From the NCBI GenBank assembly GCA_964035545.1, contig OZ037769.1, positions 17,328,633 through 17,392,632 on the forward strand: 64,000 bases of DNA. Direction: 5' to 3'. This document shows positions 1 to 10,664 of this stretch, in pieces; the first letter of the stretch is position 1; the number at the start of each line of letters is the position of its first letter. Below the pieces are notes generated by a model that worked only from the letters and a program-made list of their open reading frames with translations, did no database searches and was not told the origin of the DNA. Made by a program: the position numbers and the translations under genes. Source of the DNA: Bugula neritina (taxonomy: Eukaryota > Animalia > Bryozoa).

Positions 1-566
1 CGAACCGGTTCCGAAAGTGCAAACCCTCACGGAGGGAGGGGCTCCATCCAGAGAACAGGAAAAAGTAACCACTACCGGTGAATTAGAAGCGCCACCAGAG
101 GCCCCTACTAGCCGGTGAGTGCGCCACCTCCCCTAGAGTGGGGACAACGTACGAGGCAACCCCCATCATATTCAAAAGATTTCGTATGTGACTGCATGCA
201 AAGCGGCGCGTATGAAAGTCTAGAGGGGAACCATACGAGAAAAGTATCGAGCAATTGTAGGAATTGTCAGCACCACGGGAATATCAACTTTTGCATCGGC
301 GGATTTAGAAATAAAATTCATTCGCCGAGTGTGCAAAGTCCTAGTCACGCACCCCAACCATGTTGCTCGATCTTTTCTCACGCTGATGCAGTCAAGAGCA
401 GACGTGCTTCTAGTCACTAGTACAAACCATTCACAAACATTCAGTACGTCATACAATACCGGATCGTGGGGTGAGTTAGCTATGTTCCTGATATGGAAAC
501 TAGATTGCATCACTCAGCTCTGACTCGACTGAGTCAATCGAGCTGGAGATAGGCTAGTGAACTGTA

Positions 567-1489
567 GTGGTAGGAACTCAGATTGACTTAGAGATTTCAC
601 GATCTCACTGCAGTATGTGTTCTCTTCCAACTATTCACTACCGTAAATCTCTGCGAGTGTTAACCGAACGGGAAGTTGTCAGGCTGTTTAAGGCCGACAA
701 CACTACAGTGTATGTTACTAATGCTGTTGAAACTCTTTCAGGTTCCACTCGGCCCGCTACAACCAGGGTACGGGATAGAGCACCTCCCGCTCCGCACCAC
801 GAGGAGAATGTCAATGACAGACTACCCGGGCCACTGCGCCGCCGCTGGCGGTGGGTGTCGCCAGAGACGGAGAGGAAAATAGAGGCTGCATGGGGACCCA
901 AAGAGAGTACACAGTGCCAACTCTGTTATGAGGATAGCCCGTCTCACCGCGCACTAAGCTTACACGTGGACGCCCACTACCTCCTGACATTCTGCCCCTG
1001 TGGACACCACGACATTTATCCATACCCCGTTATTAGACATCGAGCAGCTGGATGCTTTCCGGGGGAAAACTACGTGGTGGATGCTGATCTATACCCGAAA
1101 TTCTTAGTACTAATACGGCCTTTTGTGAGGAAAGCGATGCTGTTGGCCGTTTTGACTGCCGGGTTCCAGCATGTGATAAAATACGCTCGACAACAATCCT
1201 CGATGGTATCGGACAGACCCAGATTACATACACCCCTGAAAAAATCACCTACTCGGATGCGGAAGAGGAAGTCACACCTCCCCCTCGTAAAGTCCCGACC
1301 CCATCTCCAGACCGTACTCGTCTTGCTACTGTAGAGGAGCGGCTCCTTCGGCGACAGGCTGAATTTACTCAGTTAGCACCAGACCTACTCAGTACCACAA
1401 CAGGACTTTATCAATTAAAGGGCTCCGTGGGCCAGATTAAACGGAAATTACGTGCCCGTCGAGCCAAACATCGGCTCTTCAAACCCTGA
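567..1489 (+). pseudogene. Frameshifted accessory ORF of the LTR element, with C2H2-like zinc finger and basic/coiled C-terminus
   Basis: ORF 567-1334 contains CQLC-x12-HVDAH and CPCGH. Frame +2 from ~1220 continues QITYTPEK...RKLRARRAKHRLFKP* to TGA 1487-1489. Confidence 0.55.
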
Positions 1490-1784
1490 CTCTGGTTCTC
1501 TTGCCTGGAATGATTCGTAAGCCTTACCCTCTTGGAAGTGCTTGACTACAACGCTGTGATTGTGTAAATGCTCGACAGCTCATCTTCCTTGTCCGCTACC
1601 ACAGCTAGCGCTACTCTCTCTATAGCTAGCCAATTGTATGTGACGTACTGTTATAATGATTATGTCTGTCATTGTTATATATATATATATCTGTCTGTAT
1701 TTTTATGTTTTGGTCTACTGATATTATGTGCGCTGATTTTAAAATTTTTGTATCAGAAAGAGGGCTTTCTGCTGGTGGGGGCGG

Positions 1785-2132
1785 TGTGGTGGCTCGCGGA
1801 GCTACCAGCAGCGTAATAACGGGGAAATGTTATTTCCCCCACGAGTGCAGCACGGGGTCATTGAGATGACCCGGAACAGCAGACAACCAATCGGCGTGAC
1901 TGACAGTTTTGGTAGTCGTAATTTCCCGCTGTTTAGTTAGTAGAGTTTAGACTGGTGAACTGTATAGACCGTATCAATTAGCTGAATGTATTTGTGTTAC
2001 TATAGTTTTTGTGATGTATTCTTGTGTGTAAAATATATTAGTGTTAACTCGAATTATCCTGGCGAAGTTTCTTTAGCATAATAAATAGACTCTCGTGATT
2101 GCACACCAACCCAAATTCTGGAAATTATAACA
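1785..2132 (+). repeat. Putative 3' LTR (~348 bp)
   Basis: TG...CA termini, upstream G-rich tract, internal polyA signal; the partner LTR is outside the window. Confidence 0.6.
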
Positions 2133-2358
2133 ATATTGAGGTTTTGCATCATTTCTAAAGCATATATATACTAATACAGCTGGCAAATTGCATCAGTAGA
2201 GATATATTACAGAAATGGCAAAAGCTAATGTCTCACAAACTAAATTCCAGTGTTTTATGATGTTTATAGTTTAAAGGAACTAATCTAAATAAGATGGTTG
2301 TTGGATATGAGAATAAAGACTATTGAATACGACTACAGCCGTAACCAGTGACTACAGG

Positions 2359-5300
2359 ATGGGTCAACTCATTTCTGTCCTCAGACGCAAACCAAGTAAG
2401 TAAATCATATAAATATAAATACCACTTAACTAGTGACTACAGAACTTGTATATTCTACTTGTATGTGTGTTGACTTTTGAGGTGCAGTAGTGGAGAAAAT
2501 GAGCTAGCATAAGTTCCTTTATTTTCTTAGCAAATTTGAGGATGGGTGCTGGTTGAAATTCAGAACATAACTTCTTTTGCTCTTTCCTGATTTGGAAACA
2601 CAGGCTTTCTCACTTTTATGCGTTATATATTACCTCTGTTTTCATCACAGCTGAGTATTATGTTGCTTGTCCTCACCTATATCCTCACCTATCTCCGCTC
2701 TTTCCTGTTCAGGTAGCGGGTTGCTGCCGGAGGCCTAGCTCAATTCGGCTGCTCAACCTAACCCTGTCCCGAGCATCCTCTTCATTGACGGAGCACGATT
2801 GGAGATTTTTTCTGATTGTATTCTGCCATCCATGCTTTGGGCGTCCCCGGTCTCTCTTTCCTCGAATTCTCAACTCATGCACTCTTCTGATATCATCCTT
2901 TTAATTTCTCTCTTTTGCATAATATAAGTCCAAACCACTGCAACTTTCTTCTCATCAATTCTAACACATTCATTACTTTCACTTTTTACCTTATGCTCTT
3001 GTTTAGTTTTTTTAAGACTTTCTTGTAGCATAGCACCGCGGTCAGCTCTCTACATTTATCCCAGGCTCTGCCAATTCGCACTTATACGTCTGTCCTGCAT
3101 CTTCCTGGTGGATTGTAGTTCCCAGATCATCTGCAAACAGCAAGCTCTATGGTGTGTCTTCAACATTGTCATCCGAGATAACATCCATTATAATTATAAA
3201 AAGGAAAGGGCTTAGGGCTGAGCCCTGGTGTAGTCCAACTTCCAGTCTTATTTCTCCTGTCTCTCCCGCATTTGTTACTACTATTGCTGTTGAGTCCTTG
3301 TACATATCCTTGATGATACTGATGTAAGCTTTGAGTACATAGTATTTCCTTAAACAACCTTGCTTGTGTTTATTACATAATGTTGTATATTAACTTATAT
3401 TATACTACACTATAGCTGTTAGATACTGACCTATATTATACTATACTAATATTAATATACTTATATTATAATATACTATAACTATTAAGCTAACCTATAT
3501 CGTACTCTATTTATATGTATTATATTATATTACGTTATACTATATACAATCAATTGTAATATTATATTACAACGCAGAGAATTATAAAAACATGGCCGCA
3601 CCTTTTTACCTGTCATCTGCTGTAGTTGAAGTCTGCACCAGCTACAAGGTTGAGTCATACTGTTAGGTTATAGTCTGACAACTTAGTGGGTATACATTCA
3701 GATTATGTCACAGGATTTGGTTTGGAGTTATAAAATCTCAAAGTTTACTTCAATACTGTTTATAGTGTGGAGACATATATTCTGTTATTTGATATCAATG
3801 TTATTATTCATATAGTGGTGAATATTTTGTAGAGAAGTACAAGGTGTGGTTCAACACATCCAGTATAGATGGAGCTTATGATGAGTGGATGGAGAGAATG
3901 ACTACATCCTACACTATAGAAAAGATCAAGAAGAGAACTAGACATCATACAGTGACTCATGTTAGACTGGAGGATGATATTCCTCCAAATATGAACACAC
4001 TGTTTCCTCATCTCACACATCTGAGGGTATCTAGAGTACACAGAAATGCTGACTGGACCAGGTATACTAGTGTCATAACATAAAGCTATATTCAATAAGT
4101 GACATATTATCTAATTGTAGTAGAATGTGGAGTAATCTCCCCTCACAATAACACTACCTTTAGTAACAACTGTTGTATTGTTTGCCTGGGTTATTATATT
4201 TCTATTTATTATTCAATTCAGTTTAATGGTAATGAATCTCATTCAAACTAATATGTGATTTAAATTATATTATAGAGTACGTTGAATACTGCAATACCTG
4301 TGTGTTATGTTACAGTATATGTTCACTGAAGAATCTTGAGGTATTGAATATATCATATAATAACCTATCTGAAGGTTTACCTGACAATATATTCACATCC
4401 TTACTATCATTGAGAGAGTTGAATATGAGGGCCTGTAAACTTCCAACTCTACCAAACAGGTGTGTATTATATTATAGTGTAGAATGGTACTGTAATAAGT
4501 ATAAGTTATAAATATATTATAGATATGATTAGGTAGGAGTGTATGGTATTTTTAATATAAAACATTTCACACCTGTGTGCTATGTTACAGCATATCTTCA
4601 CTGAAGAATCTTGAAGTATTGCATATATATGGGATTAACCTATCGGAAGGTCAACTTGACACTATATTCACATCCTTACTATCATTGAGAGAGTTGGACA
4701 TGTGGAACTGTAAACTACCAACTCTACCAAACAGGTGTGTGTTATATTATACATTATGAAGTTGTCTGCACTATCTTTATTGAGTCAACTAGACTCTGTG
4801 TATACGACACGTCATAAGACAACTATTCTATTCTATCAGATGTACTCAGATAGAAATGGTACCACAACTTCTCACTTATTACTCTAATAAATTCATTGAT
4901 AATTAAATTGTTTTGTTACAAAATGAACTCTATTGAGACTTACCTGAGAGTTGTATATTGTAAGGTATAGAATTTTTAGAGAACGTAATGAATAGAAGAG
5001 AACTAACAAAATAATCATTTTCAGCCGTAATTATGAAACTCTCATAGATTTAGATACTGAGATATAATATAATATTATACTGAGATATATTATAATATAT
5101 TATACTGAGATATATTATAATGTTAAATACTGATATATATTATAATACTATACTGAGATAGATATATAATATTATAATGTTATACTGAGATATATTATAA
5201 TATTATACTGAGATATATTATAATATTATACTGAGATATATTATAATATTATACTGAGATATATTATAATATTATATACTGAGATATAATATGGCAGTCA

Positions 5301-8300
5301 ATCAACTGTTACCTAGTGATGCATTGTATCATTTACCTACTCTTTTGTATCAAATAACTGGGAGTAGAACTCCTAACAGCTAGAAAATATTATTGTTTTT
5401 ATACTATGCATTGCACAATCTTATATATTTATTATAATTATGAATTGTATTATGGAACTCCAATGTTTATTTTTGTGCAAACCCCATATTTGAAACATCA
5501 AATATATTTTATATTTATTAGCATGCAGAGTCTACAGAAGTTAGAGAAACTGAACATATCAGATCACAACTTCACCAGTTTACCATCTCCTGTGTACTCA
5601 CTGAGTAGTCTGCAGGAACTGGATATCTCTCGTAATTACTCCCTGACATCCTTAGATTCTGAGATACTACAGCTAACTCAGCTTCATACACTGCATGTTG
5701 AAAGATGTGATGCTCTCGCATCTCCTCCACTAGAAGTATGTGAGAGAGGAGTAGATGCTGTGAGACAATATTACACAGACTTAGCTAAAGGTGCTGGTAG
5801 AAGTCTACCATTTGCTACTATAGCTGTGCTGGGTAATACGATGGCCGGAAAGACCAGTCTAATCAGAACATTACAGAATGCTGACAGAAAGAGAGTTCTG
5901 ACCAACAGAGGTCCAGATGCTGTGAGAGATGAGACAACAAAGGTGTTTAATGTTGAAGAGGTGGAGGTGGATGGTACAGTACTCCGTGTCATTGATATGG
6001 GAGGCCAGGAGGTCTACCATATCACCTATCAACTGACACTGAGACAGAATTGCATCCCAGTCATAGTAGTCAACATGGAGCAGTATGATAAGATTTCAAA
6101 TAAATCAACACACAGAGAAGCTGCTAGAAGATTAGCATTTGATTACATGTCTCACCTCTATCTGGCTAACCCAACTCTTGGTCCACCAAAACTTATCTTC
6201 ACCCATAAAGATAAGTTTCAAAGTACAGAGTTTCAGAAGCTTAAAGAAAACTTTCTAGAAACTTCAAATCGACTGTGTGAGGAGATGATTAAGGAAGAGA
6301 AAGCATTGGGTGGAGAATTTGCTCGAATCAAACATTTCAGTGAAGCAACTGATGGAGTCTTTCTTGGTGAGGACATTTATGAGCTGGGAAAGGATGATAA
6401 GTATGAAGTGTTTGACCTGATCAAGAAGTCTCTTCTTCGAAGCAGTCAACATTTTGTAAAACCTTTACCTCTTATCTGGGAGAAAGTGAATGAAAAAGTG
6501 CTGTCTATTCCCTCTGTGTACAGCACCTTTGATGAGACACTAAAGTACGTACAAACAGAACTTCAACACATTGAGTCAAGTCAGCTGGACATAATCCTCA
6601 CATACATGCATGACTGCGGCAAAGTCTTGTGGTATAAAGATATCAGCTGTCTCAGGCCATACCTATTCCACAAGATTTCAGAAGTCACCAAACTCCTCTG
6701 TGTCTTGTATCATCATGATCCTAAGATCTGGCAGAGTAGAGTTGACCAGTTCGAGCCATACTATTCACAGACTGAAGTACGTGTCGAGAAGCAAGACTTT
6801 GAGAAATCTGTCAATAATTTCACTGACACTTGTTTGATGATGCAGTCACTTCTTTTTTATTTCATTGAAAATGAGACATCATTCAGTAGCTCCAAGGATG
6901 TAGAAGTTGCCGTCTGCTTACTCCAGACGTTTCGTTTGCTGCACGGTCCAATACATGGCGAGTCTGAAGAGCCGTGGTTCATTGTACCTCAGTTTGCTAA
7001 AAACTACTACAGCACCTCCTACTCCTCACCCAAAGACATGCGTCTTCAAGTGGAGACACAGTTCAATGGTCTAGCCCTGCCACAATATGTCTACCACCAG
7101 ATGACGGTCGGTTTGTTGGAATCGTTCCCAGATGAGTTTGCTGTGATGGAAGTGAAGAGAAACGGAGCCAATGTCTATCAAGATGGAATCTACACACAGC
7201 TGGTACATGATTACAAATCTAGAAAAGTGTCACTCCACGTGTCATCCAATGCTGCCAACATCAGCAGAATGTGGGAGAGACTCATCACGACCAACAACAA
7301 CATCCTTAGACATGTTCTAGAAACCTGGACAGCAAGTAGAGCAGTCACTACATGCTACTGTGCTCACTGCCTTTTGCTAGGACTTCCTTGTCCTAAGAAA
7401 GTACTCCATCCTCCGTGGTGTCTTCGCTCCTTGAAACATCCCACACCAAGTCCCAGACTGTGTGGTGGATCTTCAACAACTCTGTGTGGTGATGAGGAGA
7501 TACTGAGTGCTCTTCTCTATCCATGTATGTTTGGTTACATTATGGTGCAGTGCGTGTAATAGCTTTTATTTCACTCTAATTTACCACATAATTTAGAATT
7601 GAATTGAGTTAATCCTCCCCATTCCTTGGTATAATTGGGGTTAGAAAAATATAGTGAGTTGGAATTATTTATTATATTTTCAAGTATTTCAAAATTTTAG
7701 GTAAAACACTGTCCGAGAAAGAAGCTGATAAGTTTGAGAAGTTTGTGAAGGAACTGAATCTTCGAGGAGCTCAAGGAAAATTAGCTAATTCTGGTAAATA
7801 CCAAGTTAGCAGCTTGTGCAAGCGTGTGTTTTTTAAATGTTAATTAATTTCAACTTGAGCGATGAATTATTCTACTGCATTTTATTTCATACCATGTCAA
7901 CAGTTTTTTTAGGAATGTGTATAATTTAAAAATTTAACTTTATTTTGCAAATTAATGAAAGCATTTAGTTTTATATAGTGAAGCAATGAAAGCATATTAC
8001 TGAATTACAGCTGAGTACTAATTTGCCAATCTTTGTATTTCTTATTTATTCCATGATGTGATATGAATTTGTACTTTATAGTTGCCAACAGTAGCCAATC
8101 AGATCTCCCGACCTCCACAATAACAGCCAATGATGATCTCAGTGATCTCTCTGATGATGATGAGAATCTGTACCCTGATAGAAAGGAAGTTGAAAATATG
8201 AAGTTTATAAGACTCAGACTGAATCCCACCAGTAACCCAAAGATAAGACAGCTGTTCTCAAACACTGACAAGGTGATCACTTCTAATGTCTATGTCCTTT

Positions 8301-10016
8301 CTTCTTGCTGGTTGTTTAGTTCAGCAGTGACACGTATTTCTCTGTTACATCCAGGTGTTTACTATGACTAGAAAAAGAGGAAGAGCTCTGATAATAAACA
8401 ACATAAACTTTGAGAAGAGACCAGATTTGTGTAGGAAAGGTTCAGATGTGGATGTAGAGAATTTGTCCACCATGTTGAAATATCTCAAGTTTGATGTTGT
8501 GACACACACAGATCTGAAGGCTGAGGTATTTCTTGTTGCTGTTTACTTATCAAGTTAAAAACTTACTCCTCTGTTAGTTTACAAACTCTACATATGTATA
8601 CAGAATACGATTTAAGGGTTTACAGTTCTTACAGTTTTCATGAATTTCAAAAAGATGTTCAATTTAACATAGGACTTCCGCCATCCCAATTTCATTATTT
8701 TACTTCCTGTTGTAGAAGATGCTGTCTGCTGTAAAATCTGAGGTGAAAAAAGAGGAACACGAAGATCTGGGATGTCATGTGTTGGTTATCATGACTCATG
8801 GAGGGCTGAACAACCACATCTATGGTACAGACCTGAAACGAGTGAAACTAACAGATGTGTATGACCTTCTGACCCCTTTGAACTTCCCTGGAATGGCTGG
8901 CAAACCAAAGGTTGTTATACTGGAAGTCTGTAGTGGAGGTAATGAATTTATAAAACATTTGTGGTCACTGCAGAGTTGTGTTCTCTTGACTGTTGAGTAA
9001 TTCTTACATGTTTGACACTGTTTATGTTCATTATATGAAGTAAATATAAATGTTTTTATATCTCTCACAGAGAGGAGTGATTATGGCCAAAGAGGTATAG
9101 ACAGATTTGATATCGGAGAATCACAGAAGGAGGGGGAGAGTATCTCACCTTCACTTGCTAAAGTTCCAGGAGACAAAAATGCTGAGGCTATGAATAGACT
9201 GAACTATGATGACCTGCTAGTAGTGAAATCTAGCATGGAGTGTAAGTAAGACACATGTAATGGAGTACAAGTTACTGGATCCATGGTATTATTCTGTATA
9301 ACTAGTCAACTAGTTGTATTTCCAATAGTTGAATAATTTATATGATTGATTCTACTTGTAGCATTCATATCAAAAAGTCACCCTGAGTATGGATCTCTAA
9401 TGGTTAGAGCTCTTGTATCTTCCATGTATAAACATGCCTGTCACCATGACCTCTACACTATATTCAAACAGGTTAATGTATTGCACTTTGTTACACTTAT
9501 AAGCATAGAGAACTGATGAAATTGAAAATGGCGCAAAATAATATTAGCTGTTGGCCAACTTGAATAATTTTAGGAGTAAATATTTATAATTATTTTACAG
9601 TTTGTTGTAGAGTATTCACAGTTTACTTGTGTTATAGTGTAGGTATTTTTATGGTGTAGGTACTGTTATAGTGTAGGTATTGTTATAGTGTAGGTATTGT
9701 TATAGTGAAGGTATTGTTATAGTGTAGGTATTGTTATAGTGTAGGTAATGTTATAGTGTAGGTATTGTTACAGTGTAGGTATTGTTATAGTGTAGGTATT
9801 GGCTATTTAGAATAATATGGTATGGAATAGTAATAAGATTTCACTGTTTATTTGCTTAACATTCTTCAGGTACAGACTAAAGTGAGAAAACTGTGTTTAG
9901 ATAAAAATCTAGAGAGTGGAGGACAGCTGGTTGTAGTCTGGGATACTCTCACTCATATGAGAAAACTTTACCTGTTTCCTGGGTTTAATGGCTACTCAAG
10001 AGAAGATGACTCTTAG
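2359..10016 (+). CDS. LRR-ROC-COR (ROCO) protein fused to a C-terminal caspase (peptidase C14) domain, ~1220 aa, 12 coding exons
   Basis: Exons 2359-2395, 3833-4061, 4316-4459, 4591-4734, 5522-7524, 7701-7793, 8082-8272, 8355-8525, 8716-8938, 9071-9241, 9362-9471, 9870-10016 are all GT-AG and phase-compatible (3663 nt). ROC: GNTMAGKT, IDMGGQEVY, THKD. COR-like: YMHDCGKVLWY, FIVPQ. Caspase: RGRALIINN, RKGSDVD, IMTHG, GKPKVVILEVCSG, YGS, KLYLFPG. Confidence 0.88.
2670..3365 (-). mobile_element. Decayed RTE-type LINE 3' fragment in the first coding intron of the ROCO-caspase gene
   Basis: The minus strand encodes remnants such as GKRDRGRPKAWMAE. Its 3' end (...RIELGLRQ..., ATAGGTGAGG tail) parallels the RTE copy at 18760-19975. 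Confidence 0.6.
5052..5292. repeat. Intronic AT-rich minisatellite (~22 bp, TATACTGAGATATATTATAATAT)
   Basis: Direct tandem copies visible. Confidence 0.85.
9630..9800. repeat. Intronic 17-bp tandem repeat (GTTATAGTGTAGGTATT)
   Basis: Direct tandem copies. Confidence 0.85.
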
Positions 10017-10664
10017 AGTAGACTATGGATCGAGAAAATGACAATTTAAATATAAATTTATACTTTTTGTTTATCTTAGCCCCATAAATATGCCTGTACG
10101 CAAATATATTGTATGCAGTCCTTCTAGTTTAGATCTGTCGTTGTGACACTACAGATTAGTTTATACACAACAATGTTATATTATATACAGGTATACAGTG
10201 TTATACTATTATTCTGTTTTACTTCTGTTTACTAGTTCAAAATGTATTATAATCTGAGAGATATACTAGTAGCTCTCAGGTTATTCTACCATGTGTGATA
10301 CTCCATGTGTTACTAATAGAGTTTGTATGTAGGAGTTGTGTTCCTATGACATCACTAGAGAGAGACTTGCTAAATCAGATATCAGCCTAGTTATGCAATC
10401 ACGTAATAATATGCATTATAAACATAATAAATCACCAATCTTCTTATTTTATTATTATTTTTAATATATTAACAGGGAAATATTATACTTATTCAACTTG
10501 TAGTGTTTCGTTGATGGTTAAAGTTAATGTTTTTGCGTAGTTTGTTTATAAGTGAACTATTAATATATAGATACACATATCATATATGACATAAAGAAAT
10601 ATATATCTATAATATATATGTATTTGTCATAGCGTACTCCATATTTGTTTAGCCTGAGATCTAA

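Larger units (their letters stand above)
1..2132 (+). mobile_element. 3' end of a degenerate Gypsy/Ty3-like LTR retrotransposon (pol tail, extra ORF, PPT, 3' LTR)
   Basis: GC-richer than the host DNA. RTRQPPSYSKDFVC (~148-190) resembles the RxRxPPxxLxDYV tail of Gypsy integrases. A G-rich tract (~1755-1784) directly precedes TG at 1785; the putative LTR ends in CA at 2132 and contains AATAAA at 2080-2085. Confidence 0.7.

Noticed and set aside
5406-5521. N-terminal 39 aa of the 717-aa ORF, and its stop at 7559
   Set aside because: Intronic read-through; good acceptor at 5521 and donor at 7525 keep frame with flanking exons.
7701-8272. Possible death-fold domain between COR and caspase
   Set aside because: Only one short helix-like stretch plus an acidic low-complexity linker; too short and unpatterned for a six-helix bundle.
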